A stretch of 64,000 nucleotides of DNA from Gammaproteobacteria bacterium (GCA_024638505.1 JAHEKE010000009.1:12196-76195), one strand, 5' to 3'; numbered from the stretch's first letter, positions 48,426 to 58,960 are shown. The notes: a model not told the origin generated them from the letters alone. Numbers and translations are program-made.

Positions 48426-48871
48426 GAGCACAGCGCAGAAATCGTTTGTTTATGGTTATCTTTATCCTCATCGGCATAGGCATCGCAACCGCGCTGACGC
48501 TCAACGCGTTCAGGCAGAATATTCTCTTTTTTTTCACGCCGACTCAGGTTGTGGCGGGAGAAGCGCCCAGCGGGCATCCTTTTCGCATTGGAGGCCTGGT
48601 CGCCGTAGACAGCGTTGAACGTGCTGCCGGCAGCCTCAAAGTCCACTTTGATGTGACCGACACGGTCAATTCGGTCAGCGTAACCTATGAAGGCATCCTG
48701 CCTGATTTGTTCAAGGAAGGACAAGGTATCGTCACCAAAGGCATACTGGATGGTAAGGGTGTATTCGTGGCATCGGAAGTTCTGGCCAAGCATGATGAGA
48801 ACTACATGCCGCCGGAAGCAGAGCATGCGCTGAGAGCAGCGCAGACGCTGCAGAATAACTCGGATAAGTAA
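48422..48871 (+). CDS. ccmE: Cytochrome c-type biogenesis heme chaperone CcmE
   Basis: 149 aa with an N-terminal anchor and the heme-binding His in the VLAKHDENYMPPE motif. Confidence 0.93.
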   Translation: MRAQRRNRLFMVIFILIGIGIATALTLNAFRQNILFFFTPTQVVAGEAPSGHPFRIGGLVAVDSVERAAGSLKVHFDVTDTVNSVSVTYEGILPDLFKEGQGIVTKGILDGKGVFVASEVLAKHDENYMPPEAEHALRAAQTLQNNSDK

Positions 48872-50851
48872 ATGATTCCTGAGATTGGGCATTTCGCACT
48901 GATACTCGCACTCTGTGTCTCTCTGGTGCAGACAATAGTTCCCGCGGTGGGTGCGGCCCGAGGAATACCCGGATGGGTGGCGGTAGCGCGACCGTCTGCT
49001 TACGCGCAGTTAGCCTGCGTAATGGTCGCATACCTCTGCCTGACGTGGGCCTTCGTCACTCACGATTTTTCCGTGCACTACGTGGCGGTTAATTCTAACA
49101 GTGCACTGCCGTTGATCTATAGAATCTCGGGAGTGTGGGGTGCGCATGAGGGTTCCCTGTTGCTGTGGGCACTGGTGCTGGCGGTTTGGACCGGTGCGGT
49201 ATGTTTTTATAGTCGCAGCATCCCACAAGCCATGCTGGCCCGCGTAGTCAGCGTTATGGGGATGATCAGCGTTGGCTTTCTTCTGTTCATGCTGTTTACC
49301 TCCAATCCGTTTGAACGCCTGTTGCCCGCGGCAGCAGAAGGCCGCGACCTCAATCCGCTGTTACAGGATATAGGTTTAGCGATTCACCCACCGATGTTAT
49401 ACATGGGCTATGTGGGGTTCTCCGTTCCTTTTGCGTTTGCCATAGCCGCCCTGCTGCATGGCAGATTGGATGCCGCTTGGACCAGGTGGTCGCGCCCGTG
49501 GACCAACCTGGCCTGGTTATTTCTGACCTTAGGTATTGCGCTCGGCAGCTGGTGGGCCTACTACGAACTAGGTTGGGGGGGATGGTGGTTCTGGGACCCG
49601 GTGGAAAACGCATCCTTCATGCCCTGGCTGGTAGGAACAGCCCTGATCCACTCCCTCGCGGTGACAGAGAAGCGGGGCGCCTTCAAGGCATGGACCATAC
49701 TGCTTGCCGTATTTGCTTTCTCTCTCAGCCTGTTAGGTACTTTTCTCGTGCGTTCCGGCGTATTGACCTCCGTGCATGCTTTTGCCACCGATCCGGCGAG
49801 AGGAGTATTTATCCTCGTTTTCCTTGGGCTGGTCGTCGGCGGGTCGCTGGTCTTATACGCCTGGAGGGCGCCCACCATACGTTCCGCCGCCAGTTTTGAG
49901 CTGGTGTCCAGAGAAGCCGGGTTATTGTTGAACAACGTGCTGCTGGTGGTAGTAGCCGCAACGGTACTATTAGGTACGCTCTATCCATTGATACTAGACG
50001 CCCTGAATTTAGGCAAAATATCGGTGGGCCCGCCTTATTTCAATAGCGTTTTCATACCGCTGACTATTCCGCTGGCTGTGGTGGTTGGGGTCGGCGCCAT
50101 GGCGCATTGGAAGAAAGATGATTTCAAGCGTCTGATGCGACCGATGTGGTGGATACTGGTTGTGAGCGTGCTCTTAGGTTTGCTTATTCCTCGCACTCTG
50201 GGCGAGTTCGATTGGCGTGCCGCACTGGGCATTACGCTGGCAGCGTGGGTGATGTTGTCAACATTTAGGGCGCTAGTCGAGCGGGTGCGCAATAAACCTA
50301 ATAAGCTAAGAGCTCTGGCTGGAATACCCAGTGGGTTCTACGGTATGTTTTTTGCCCATCTTGGTATTGCTATATTCACCGTTGGCATTACTCTAGTCAG
50401 TGTTTATGAGTTTGAGAAAGACGTGCGGCTGGCGCCTGGAGAGAGTTTCACCCTGGGTGATTACGAATTTCACTTCGATGACGTCAGGCGGGTGGCGGGA
50501 CCCAACTATATCGCCAACGTTGGTACGATTACCGTAAGCAGGGACGGTGAGTCCGCGGTTGTGTTGCATCCGGAGAAGCGGAACTATCCAATGCAGACCC
50601 AGCCGATGACCGAGGCCGCCATCGATGCAGGTCTGACGCGTGATTTGTACGTATCTTTGGGCGAACCTTTAGACAACCGTAATAGCTGGAGCGTGCGGCT
50701 GTACTATAAACCATTTATCCGCTGGATCTGGTTGGGAGCCATCTTTATGGCGGTGGGTGCGTTGCTGGGTGCGATGGACCCGCGCTACCGGATGGCCAGG
50801 GCATCTGTAAAGGAAGCAAGCGCGGTGGCGCCTGTAGCTGAGAGGGCTTAA
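48872..50851 (+). CDS. ccmF: Cytochrome c heme lyase subunit CcmF
   Basis: 659 aa and polytopic, with the WWD motif GWGGWWFWDPVENAS. Confidence 0.93.
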   Translation: MIPEIGHFALILALCVSLVQTIVPAVGAARGIPGWVAVARPSAYAQLACVMVAYLCLTWAFVTHDFSVHYVAVNSNSALPLIYRISGVWGAHEGSLLLWALVLAVWTGAVCFYSRSIPQAMLARVVSVMGMISVGFLLFMLFTSNPFERLLPAAAEGRDLNPLLQDIGLAIHPPMLYMGYVGFSVPFAFAIAALLHGRLDAAWTRWSRPWTNLAWLFLTLGIALGSWWAYYELGWGGWWFWDPVENASFMPWLVGTALIHSLAVTEKRGAFKAWTILLAVFAFSLSLLGTFLVRSGVLTSVHAFATDPARGVFILVFLGLVVGGSLVLYAWRAPTIRSAASFELVSREAGLLLNNVLLVVVAATVLLGTLYPLILDALNLGKISVGPPYFNSVFIPLTIPLAVVVGVGAMAHWKKDDFKRLMRPMWWILVVSVLLGLLIPRTLGEFDWRAALGITLAAWVMLSTFRALVERVRNKPNKLRALAGIPSGFYGMFFAHLGIAIFTVGITLVSVYEFEKDVRLAPGESFTLGDYEFHFDDVRRVAGPNYIANVGTITVSRDGESAVVLHPEKRNYPMQTQPMTEAAIDAGLTRDLYVSLGEPLDNRNSWSVRLYYKPFIRWIWLGAIFMAVGALLGAMDPRYRMARASVKEASAVAPVAERA

Positions 50852-51397
50852 GTGACAACCAAGGCGCTGCGTTTTTACGTTCCACTCTTAATTTTTATTA
50901 CGCTAGGAGTTTTTCTTGCGGCGGGACTCAAGCTGGACCCTCGGCATGTGCCATCACCGCTGGTTGATAAGCCGGTGCCAAATTTTTCTCTCCCGCGCCT
51001 GCATCAACCGAACGAAGTCTTTACACCGGATCAAATGAACGGCAGGGTGTGGCTGCTGAACGTCTGGGCATCATGGTGCGTGGCCTGCCGGCAGGAACAT
51101 GAAGTGATAAAGCGATTGGCTGAAATCGAGCAAATAGTTGTTATCGGTTTGAACTACAAAGATGCTGCGGCTGACGCCAAAAGATGGCTTGAGCAACTGG
51201 GTAATCCCTATGAGCTTTCGGCAGTGGATGATGCCGGCCAGGTTGGAATTGATTGGGGTGTATACGGCGTGCCTGAAACATTCATAATCGATCAATACGG
51301 CATCATTCGCCATAAACATATCGGTCCGATCAGTACGCAAGATGTTGAAACAACTATTCTGCCGCTAATAAAAAGTCTGGAGCAGGCATCTTCATGA
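50852..51397 (+). CDS. ccmG: Thiol:disulfide interchange protein CcmG/DsbE
   Basis: 181 aa with a GTG start. It has an N-terminal anchor, the thioredoxin active site WASWCVACRQEH and GVYGVPETF. Confidence 0.92.
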   Translation: MTTKALRFYVPLLIFITLGVFLAAGLKLDPRHVPSPLVDKPVPNFSLPRLHQPNEVFTPDQMNGRVWLLNVWASWCVACRQEHEVIKRLAEIEQIVVIGLNYKDAAADAKRWLEQLGNPYELSAVDDAGQVGIDWGVYGVPETFIIDQYGIIRHKHIGPISTQDVETTILPLIKSLEQASS

Positions 51398-51858
51398 GCA
51401 GGATCGTAGGTGCAGTGCTGTGCCTGTTTGTTGTTGTATGCTCCGGCTGGGCCAATGTCGAGGTGCTGAAGTTTGAAAGCGCTGAGCAGGAACAGCGTTA
51501 CCACTCACTGATAAAGGAACTTCGATGCCTAGTTTGTCAGAATCAGAATTTGGCCGACTCGAACGCCGATTTGGCCAGGGACTTGAGAAATAAAACCTAT
51601 CAAATGATTGTTGCCGGGTCAGCCGATCGTGAAATAGTGGAATACATGGTGCAGCGTTATGGTGATTTCGTGTTGTACCGCCCACCGGTTAAGGCCAGCA
51701 CGATTTTCCTATGGACAGGTCCCTTCGTTATTCTGTTAGTCGGCTTGCTAATTATTACGCGGGTTATCCGAAACCGTCATAAGCAGGCCGCAGAAACTCT
51801 CAGCCAGCAGCAGCACGAGCAGGCACAACGCTTGCTACGCGGGAATTTTTCCGAATAG
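51394..51858 (+). CDS. ccmH: Cytochrome c-type biogenesis protein CcmH
   Basis: 154 aa with the LRCLVCQNQNLADSNA motif (CxxC) and a C-terminal TM helix. Confidence 0.92.
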   Translation: MSRIVGAVLCLFVVVCSGWANVEVLKFESAEQEQRYHSLIKELRCLVCQNQNLADSNADLARDLRNKTYQMIVAGSADREIVEYMVQRYGDFVLYRPPVKASTIFLWTGPFVILLVGLLIITRVIRNRHKQAAETLSQQQHEQAQRLLRGNFSE

Positions 51859-51948
51859 CAACTGTGTTCACCATCAGTGCGCACACAGATCGGATGAAAA
51901 GAGCTCTAGAGCGTCTCTGCTATCGTGTTTTAGGTTAGGTTACCAATC

Positions 51949-53208
51949 ATGGTTTGGTTTTTCATCGTCGCCGCATTGTTAGCAGTCACAATAGTAGCCT
52001 TGATTGTATGGCCGATTTTGCGCACGCATTCAATACCACAGGATCAGCGCGCTCAGCAAAATGTGACCATCGCCCGTGACCGGCTGCGGCAGCTGCAGGA
52101 GGAAGTGGACAGGGGGTTGGTGGCGCCAGATCAGGTACAACTAGAACAATCAGAAATTGAAGCGGAATTGCTGGAAGACGTATCCGCGCCACACAGTGCA
52201 GCCGTTATCGAACCTACTCGACAGGGTTGGTGGGGAGGTATTGTGGTGGCCGTGGCCGTACCTTTGCTTACCGGCACGCTCTATCTCTCGTTAGGAGAGC
52301 CGGCAGCGGTCAGTACACCGACCACCATCGAAGCGCAAGAGCAGGCCGGTCATTCTGAAGCGGATATTTTGAACATGGTGCGTGCCCTGGAGCAAAGACT
52401 GGCTGAGTCACCGGATGATTCTGCAGGCTGGTACATGCTTGGAAACAGCTATATGACATTGCAGCAGTTCGACAAAGCGGCAAGCGTGTTCGGTAAACTA
52501 CGTGAACTAACGGGAGATGACCCGGATTTAATGGTACGCCAGGCGGATGCCCTGGCAATGACTCAGGGAGGGGTGCTGGCGGGCGAGCCCGAGCAGCTTA
52601 TACTGGCTGTTCTCGAGCAGCGGCCAGACCATCCGGTGGCATTGTGGTTAGCTGGTATATCGGCCCAGCGCAAAGGCGATACGCGCGTGGCGCTGCAGTA
52701 CTGGCAGCGCGCGGAGCCATTGTTCCAACAGAATCCCGAATCCCAGGCGGAACTGCAGGGGCTCATTACTCAGGCGAAACAACGGCTGGCGCGGGAGAAT
52801 GAACAGGCGTCAGCGTCAGAGTCGATTTCGACCGCACCCGAAGCGGACGTTGATGGCGCGGCGGGGCAGATAAAACTGCAGGTATCCCTGGATGAAACGC
52901 TTAAGAACGAGGTAACCGATGGTGATACGCTGTTTGTCCTGGCGCGGGCGATTGACGGCCCGCCTATGCCCCTGGCGGTTGTGCGCAGGCAGGCCGGCGA
53001 CTTGCCGCTACTCGTTATTTTGGATGATTCGATGGCAATGGTACCGAACATGAAGCTGTCGCAGTTCGATCAGGTCTCAGTCGTTGCCAAGATATCTAAA
53101 TCCGGTCAAGCCAAAACCGCAAGCGGTGATCTGCAAGGAAAAGTGCCCGCAGTCGTGCCAGGCACTGATACACTGGTGCGCGTGGTGATCTCACAACGAG
53201 TTCCGTAA
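51949..53208 (+). CDS. ccmI: Cytochrome c-type biogenesis protein CcmI (TPR)
   Basis: 419 aa with two N-terminal TM helices and a periplasmic TPR region (...GWYMLGNSYMTLQQFDKAASVF...). It is the last gene of the ccm cluster. Confidence 0.85.
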   Translation: MVWFFIVAALLAVTIVALIVWPILRTHSIPQDQRAQQNVTIARDRLRQLQEEVDRGLVAPDQVQLEQSEIEAELLEDVSAPHSAAVIEPTRQGWWGGIVVAVAVPLLTGTLYLSLGEPAAVSTPTTIEAQEQAGHSEADILNMVRALEQRLAESPDDSAGWYMLGNSYMTLQQFDKAASVFGKLRELTGDDPDLMVRQADALAMTQGGVLAGEPEQLILAVLEQRPDHPVALWLAGISAQRKGDTRVALQYWQRAEPLFQQNPESQAELQGLITQAKQRLARENEQASASESISTAPEADVDGAAGQIKLQVSLDETLKNEVTDGDTLFVLARAIDGPPMPLAVVRRQAGDLPLLVILDDSMAMVPNMKLSQFDQVSVVAKISKSGQAKTASGDLQGKVPAVVPGTDTLVRVVISQRVP

Positions 53209-53331
53209 AACTTCGCTGGAGCTCACGCAGCGCTAGAGCAGGCCCCCTGCAGGTGGTCGCATGAAGCGAACTGATCTTAAGCAAACAGGTAGTCAACGAG
53301 AACCCGATCTCCGTTTGCAGAAACGAATTTT

Positions 53332-54369
53332 TTGATGCAAGCAATTAAGTTAGCTACGGTAGGGTGCGGTTATTTTAGCCAGTATCATCATGCTGCCTGG
53401 CAGCGCCTAGACATAGACCACATCGCAATTTGTGATCGCGATGTGCGTAAAGCCGAGCAGTTCAGCCAGCGATACGGCGGGGCAAAGGTGTTCGATGATT
53501 TCGAAGAGATGCTTATACGAGCCCGCCCAGATTTGGTAGATCTAATTTTACCACCGACTGAACACTACGGTCTTATTCAACAGGCTATAGCGCACGGGGT
53601 AAACGTGGTTTGCCAAAAGCCTTTCACCAGTAGCTTTGAGCAGGCCAAGCAGATAGCGCAGGCAGCTGCAGCGGCCGGAATCAAAGTTATCGTTCATGAG
53701 AATTTTCGATTTCAGCCCTGGTATCGAGAGATTAAACGTTTGATCGAGCGGGACAAGCTTGGTCAGCTTTATCAGGTTCGCTTTGATCTGCGGCCGGGTG
53801 ATGGCCAGGGCGAAAATGCTTATCAGGATCGACAGCCTTACTTTCGAGACATGCCCGAATTCCTGATAAAGGAGACGGGCATTCATTTTGTAGATGTGTT
53901 CCGCTATCTGTGTGGTGAGGTATTGTACGTGTGGAGCGATTTGCGCCGGCTTAATCCAGCGATTCAGGGAGAGGACGCGGGGATATTCGTGCTCGCTTTC
54001 GATAACAACCTGCGCGCTGTCTTCGATGCTAACCGCCTGAGCGACCATGTGGCAGACAACAGGCGCCTGACTATGGGGGAGATGTTGCTAGAAGGTAGCC
54101 GCGGCAAGCTTCGTTTGAACGGTTTTGGTCAATTGCTGTGGCGAGCGCATGGCTGCAACACCGAGTTCGAAATCACCTATGAATGGGGCAACACGGGGTT
54201 TGCTGGAGATTGCGTCTACCGCTTACAGCAGCATGTGCTAAACCACCTGCAGCATGGCTCCGTGCTGGAAAACAGTGCCGCTGATTATTTACAGAATCTT
54301 GCGGTGCAGCAAGCCATCTATTGCGCGAATAGCATGGGGTGCAGACAGAGCCTGCCGGCAAAAATCTGA
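53332..54369 (+). CDS. Gfo/Idh/MocA-family NAD(P)-dependent oxidoreductase
   Basis: 345 aa. It has an N-terminal Rossmann motif (KLATVGCGYFSQ) and the EKP-like motif as CQKPF. Confidence 0.75.
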   Translation: MMQAIKLATVGCGYFSQYHHAAWQRLDIDHIAICDRDVRKAEQFSQRYGGAKVFDDFEEMLIRARPDLVDLILPPTEHYGLIQQAIAHGVNVVCQKPFTSSFEQAKQIAQAAAAAGIKVIVHENFRFQPWYREIKRLIERDKLGQLYQVRFDLRPGDGQGENAYQDRQPYFRDMPEFLIKETGIHFVDVFRYLCGEVLYVWSDLRRLNPAIQGEDAGIFVLAFDNNLRAVFDANRLSDHVADNRRLTMGEMLLEGSRGKLRLNGFGQLLWRAHGCNTEFEITYEWGNTGFAGDCVYRLQQHVLNHLQHGSVLENSAADYLQNLAVQQAIYCANSMGCRQSLPAKI

Positions 54370-54453
54370 GTTGAGCAGGACGCTCCCTCGCTGGCAAAAA
54401 AGTCTCTTGGCAGACGCGCTGACAGGCTTGCGGCAAACTCACAGTTATGCGAG

Positions 54454-55566
54454 TCAGCTGGGCTGCTTCTCGTGAATCAACTTTTGCAGTGCACGGGTCA
54501 ACGCCTTTGTACCTTGATCTCCACCTAACTCCTTGGGCCGAATTCGCTTGGCAGTGAAACCATACTCAACCGCTGATTCGATCAAGGACGCGGCATCGGT
54601 CAATGCCTGAACGCCAGACCGATCGCCCAGGTATTCCAGCATCAGCGCTGCGCTCAGAACTGCCGCTAACGGATTGGCGAGATCCTGTCCCAGTATGTCG
54701 GGAGCACTACCGTGGGCGGGTTGAAACAACCCATGCTGGTCTCCAATCTCCGCGCATGACGCCATGCCCATGCCGCCAACCAGTCCGCCCGCCAGATCTG
54801 ATAAAATATCGCCAAACATATTCTCCATAACCAGAACATCGAAGTCCCAGGGTTTACGCACCAAATCCAGGGCCTGGGCATCTACGTAACTGTAGCCCGT
54901 ATCGATATCAGGAAAATGTCTAGCGCGCTCATCAAATATTTTTCTGAAGAACGCCATTGATCTAAACACGTTGGCTTTATCCACACAGGTAACCAGGCCT
55001 TTGCCACCACGGGCTTTGCGTTTTCGCGCCAGTTTGAAAGCAAAATCGTGCAGTTTTTCAGTCACAGACCTGCTGATACGAAGAGTTTCACAGATTTCCT
55101 GATCATCCGTAACGACGCTTCTCTGGTGTATGGCGGCAGAATAGAATAGGCCTTCGGTGGATTCGCGCAGAACAATCAGATCTATGTCAGCCGCACGGGC
55201 ATCGGCTAGGCATTGCGGCGTATTCGGATAGGCTTTTACGGGACGGACGCCGGCATACAGCTGGTATTGTTCTCTTAGCCTTAGGTGAGGAGATATCTCT
55301 GTGCCATCCTGATGGCGTACATTTGGCAGGCCGATTGCACCCAGGAAGATGGCATCTGCGCTGCCTGCGGATTTTTCAGCACCCGGCGCGATGTCCAAAC
55401 CTGTTTCAAGAAAATATGCCGCACCGGCATCCAGCTTGTCGTAACGAAGTTTGAATCCACCGATGCGGCGGCAAACCGTCTCCACTACAGCCAGAGCAGC
55501 ATCCGTTACGTCGGTGCCGATTCCATCCCCTCGAATTACCGCAATCTGGAAAACTGCTTTGCTCAT
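54454..55566 (-). CDS. Isocitrate/isopropylmalate dehydrogenase-family enzyme (tartrate dehydrogenase/decarboxylase-like)
   Basis: 370 aa with IAVIRGDGIGTDV, VLRESTEGLFY and ENMFGDILSDLAGGLVGGMGMA (metal/substrate motif). Confidence 0.8.
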   Translation of the reverse strand: MSKAVFQIAVIRGDGIGTDVTDAALAVVETVCRRIGGFKLRYDKLDAGAAYFLETGLDIAPGAEKSAGSADAIFLGAIGLPNVRHQDGTEISPHLRLREQYQLYAGVRPVKAYPNTPQCLADARAADIDLIVLRESTEGLFYSAAIHQRSVVTDDQEICETLRISRSVTEKLHDFAFKLARKRKARGGKGLVTCVDKANVFRSMAFFRKIFDERARHFPDIDTGYSYVDAQALDLVRKPWDFDVLVMENMFGDILSDLAGGLVGGMGMASCAEIGDQHGLFQPAHGSAPDILGQDLANPLAAVLSAALMLEYLGDRSGVQALTDAASLIESAVEYGFTAKRIRPKELGGDQGTKALTRALQKLIHEKQPS

Positions 55567-55773
55567 ATTCCCGTACCAGGCTCTCGCGGCTTAAGTTGCC
55601 CGAACTCGAATGGTTTTAGCATAGACACATGTCAGCGGGTTGATTCCAGCCTTGTGAAACACAAAAAAAACGTGGTTTTACTACAATTTCTTTGGTTTAA
55701 TTCTGATCAATGTTTTGTAATCTCTTAATTAGCTGCGCCCGTTTTGACGCAACATAAATATGCTCAGATATAC

Positions 55774-56409
55774 ATGATGTACTCACTGGATCATCAAGTA
55801 CTCAGAACCGACATTGCCGGCATGCCGCTAGAGTGGATCAACTATAGGGATGCAGTCCGACTGTACTACCTGGAACAGGTCGAATATACCTGCGGCGCAT
55901 TACTCTATCGCGTGCACGGTGGCTTCAACTCGGTCGCCAAAAGACAGAGCGTCATCGACGTTAACTCTATCATCGCCACCCGTGGAGATCGATATGCCTC
56001 GATCAAAGCCAATCGAAAGTACACACCACCTTTGAGTAACGAAGCTCTATTCGCCAGAGATGGCCACCTTTGCATGTATTGCGGGGGGAAGTTCAGGGCC
56101 AGAGACTTGTCTCGAGATCACGTTACTCCGATGAGCCAGGGCGGGACGGATGACTGGAAAAACGTGGTTACCGCTTGTAAGCGATGCAACAATCACAAAG
56201 CCGGAAGCACGCCAGAGCAGGCAAATATGAAGCTGTTGGCAGTTCCTTTTGTACCCACTCACGCCGAATATGTTTACCTGCGAGGCCGGAGAGTGCTGGC
56301 TGACCAAATGAAGTTTCTGTTGGCGCATTTTCCCAGAACCAGTCCGCTGCACGAGCGAATCCAGCTGAAAGAACAGAGCAAGCGGAGCGGCGGATTACCG
56401 TTACGGTAG
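55774..56409 (+). CDS. HNH endonuclease-family protein
   Basis: About 211 aa from ATG 55774; the track start at 55744 is a TTG. The HNH/zinc motif is CMYCGGKF...DHVTPMSQGG...WKNVVTACKRCNNHK. The N-terminal ...DIAGMPLEWINYRDAVRLY... is typical of a widespread stand-alone HNH family. Confidence 0.8.
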   Translation: MMYSLDHQVLRTDIAGMPLEWINYRDAVRLYYLEQVEYTCGALLYRVHGGFNSVAKRQSVIDVNSIIATRGDRYASIKANRKYTPPLSNEALFARDGHLCMYCGGKFRARDLSRDHVTPMSQGGTDDWKNVVTACKRCNNHKAGSTPEQANMKLLAVPFVPTHAEYVYLRGRRVLADQMKFLLAHFPRTSPLHERIQLKEQSKRSGGLPLR

Positions 56410-56491
56410 AGTTGGCGGGTGAAGCTGGATTAGACGCCGCGTACTATCAAGGTCAAGCAGGAGGCTGCCGCGCCGATTATTTCAGGCGGGT

Positions 56492-57697
56492 TCAGGCTGG
56501 TGCTACCTCGTAGTGCTTTAAACGGGCTGAAAATTCTCTTAACGCCTCAATGCCGGAGGCCTCGGCCGCGCGGCACCACTCCTCTAGCGCCTGCAGCAAT
56601 CCGTCATGACTGTTGGATTTTATCCATATGGACTGTAGTTTTTCCTTCATGGCATATGCTCTTTCCAGCGTCGGACTCAAATCCAGCGCTCGTCTAAGCT
56701 GTTCTTTCGCATTTTCGCTAAGTAGTGTGTGCTCCTTACACATGAGTTTTCGCGCACGTTTGAGCAGAGCTTTCTGCCTTTTGTTTACTCCCAGCCGCTG
56801 CAGTTCCTCTGCGTGAACGCTGTTTAGAACTTCTTTTGCAAAATTCGACATCACCTGAAATCGGCTGTTTATCAGAGCTTTAACAGTGGCCAAGTCAAAC
56901 TGATTTTTATCCTGTTTCAGAACTAGTTTGGGTGCTACTTTCTTTACCCGGGCGAGGCCCAGGCCGCGCAGCAGCCGAACGTACTGCCAGCCCAGATCGA
57001 ATTCCCACTTTTTAACGGAAAACTTGGCGGAGCTGGCATAAGCGTGATGATTGTTATGTAGTTCTTCTCCACCGACGATGAATGCCCACGGCACAATGTT
57101 TTTGCTGGCGTCCTTGACTTCAAAGTTACGATACCCCCAGTAGTGACCGATACCGTTTATGACCCCGGCCGCCCAGAATGGTATCCATATCATTTGCGTC
57201 ATCCATATCAGACCACCGGCTATATAGCCAAACAACAGGACATCGATCACCAGCATCAATAAAATACTGAGGTTGGTGAAACGGGCATAAATTTTTCGTT
57301 CCAACCAGTCATCGGGAGTGCCCCCACCGTACTTATCGAGCGTCTCCTGATTCATCGCCTCATTACGATACAAAAACCAACCGCCCCACAGCACGGTGCT
57401 GATTCCTTTTACTACAGGGCTGTGCGGGTCATGCTCCGTTTCTACATTCGCATGGTGTTTGCGGTGGATCGCAACCCACTCTTTTGTTTTCATGCCGGTA
57501 GTTAGCCACAACCAGAAACGAAAGAAGTGAGCTACGGGTGGACTTAGTTCTAATGCCAGGTGAGATTGGCTGCGGTGTAAATAAAGGGTGACGGCTGCTA
57601 TTGTGATGTGGGTTAGGCCAAGAGCGACGAGTACGTATCCCCACCAGGGGAGCTGCAGTATTCCGCTAAACACCAAATGTTCCTCTACCAACGCCAT
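56492..57697 (-). CDS. Membrane fatty-acid (delta-9-type) desaturase
   Basis: 401 aa with three His boxes (HRSQSH, HRKHH, HNNHH) and N-terminal TM helices. A helical C-terminal extension of about 110 aa is present, as in DesA-type enzymes. Confidence 0.85.
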   Translation of the reverse strand: MALVEEHLVFSGILQLPWWGYVLVALGLTHITIAAVTLYLHRSQSHLALELSPPVAHFFRFWLWLTTGMKTKEWVAIHRKHHANVETEHDPHSPVVKGISTVLWGGWFLYRNEAMNQETLDKYGGGTPDDWLERKIYARFTNLSILLMLVIDVLLFGYIAGGLIWMTQMIWIPFWAAGVINGIGHYWGYRNFEVKDASKNIVPWAFIVGGEELHNNHHAYASSAKFSVKKWEFDLGWQYVRLLRGLGLARVKKVAPKLVLKQDKNQFDLATVKALINSRFQVMSNFAKEVLNSVHAEELQRLGVNKRQKALLKRARKLMCKEHTLLSENAKEQLRRALDLSPTLERAYAMKEKLQSIWIKSNSHDGLLQALEEWCRAAEASGIEALREFSARLKHYEVAPA

Positions 57698-57977
57698 ATA
57701 TGTATGACGATAGCATGAAGCGGCAGATGAGTGAATATAATTTCATGTTCTCTATAAATTTCAATTATTTACTGATGACTCAGTCCAAGCCAATCGATCT
57801 TACGCCGGCACACGCGAATTGATATGTGAACGGTAAAAATTTCGTCTCCGCTTACGCTCGATTCTGCTGGGTGCTTTGGCCTTATGTATTGCTTAACTTG
57901 CCTGGGTTGTTATTCGCTGTCGACGCCAGTACTATCCTCCCCATACCACCAAACCAGATTCTTAAGGCTACATTCCC

Positions 57978-58856
57978 ATGTTTCAAGGCAGTATGGTTGC
58001 GCTGGTAACCCCCATGCTGGAGGATGGCGCGGTTGACTATGATGCCCTCAAGCGCTTAGTTGATTTTCACGTTAACAGCAATACCGACGCAATAATAGCA
58101 GTCGGCACCACCGGTGAGTCGGCCACGTTGGATCCAGACGAGCATTGCGAAGTGATTGCGCGCACGGTGGAATTTGCTAACGGCGGCATTCCTGTTATCG
58201 CGGGCACCGGTGCCAATTCGACCCGCGAAGCCATATATTTCACGCGCCGGGCGGAAGAGCTGGGGGCCGATGCCTGCCTTCTGGTTACGCCTTATTATAA
58301 CAAGCCTACACAGGAAGGCTTGTATCAGCATTTCAAGGCAATCGCAGAGGCAGTGCCGATCCGGCAGATTCTGTACAACGTCCCAGGGCGCACCGCCTGC
58401 GATCTGTTAACCTCGACGGTAAACCTTCTGGCTGACATTGAGAATATAGTCGGCATCAAGGATGCCAGTGCCGACATAAACAGAGCTACGGAATTGATAC
58501 AGACTTGTGCGGATCGTATGCCGGTAATCGTCTCTGGTGAGGATGGCAATGCATGCGAACACATGCACCTTGGGGGGAGAGGGATCATTTCAGTTACCGC
58601 CAACGTGGCCCCCAAGCAGATGAGTGAGATGTGTATTGCTGCCTTGGCCGGGGATTTTGCCCGCGCACGCGAGTTAAACGCTAAACTGGATGATCTGCAC
58701 AAAGCGTTGTTTGTTGAATCTAACCCAATCCCGGTCAAATGGGCGGTGCACGAGCTGGGTTTGATTGGTGAGCACATCCGATTACCATTAACGCCGCTGT
58801 CCGCTCAGTATTATGATCAAGTGCGGGCGGCAATGACCAAGGCGGGTGTGCTGTAA
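57978..58856 (+). CDS. dapA: 4-hydroxy-tetrahydrodipicolinate synthase
   Basis: 292 aa with MFQGSMVALVTPM, GTTGESATL, YYNKPTQEG and the active-site Lys in VGIKDAS. Confidence 0.93.
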   Translation: MFQGSMVALVTPMLEDGAVDYDALKRLVDFHVNSNTDAIIAVGTTGESATLDPDEHCEVIARTVEFANGGIPVIAGTGANSTREAIYFTRRAEELGADACLLVTPYYNKPTQEGLYQHFKAIAEAVPIRQILYNVPGRTACDLLTSTVNLLADIENIVGIKDASADINRATELIQTCADRMPVIVSGEDGNACEHMHLGGRGIISVTANVAPKQMSEMCIAALAGDFARARELNAKLDDLHKALFVESNPIPVKWAVHELGLIGEHIRLPLTPLSAQYYDQVRAAMTKAGVL

Positions 58857-58960
58857 ACGGCCGTGCCTTCCGGTGCGTGGGCAATACGGCGCCCCTGGGC
58901 ACGCTAACCAACGTAGGGCTGCGCTGGAGCACGGCGCCGTCCTCGAGCTTTAGGTGAACT

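Noticed and set aside
48320-48892. 190-aa ORF on the minus strand
   Set aside because: It is antisense to ccmD/ccmE, and the ccm reading frames are unambiguous.
57826-58008. 60-aa ORF upstream of and overlapping the dapA start
   Set aside because: It is a hydrophobic, low-information ORF in the promoter region that overlaps the well-supported dapA start. There is no Shine-Dalgarno sequence and no motif.
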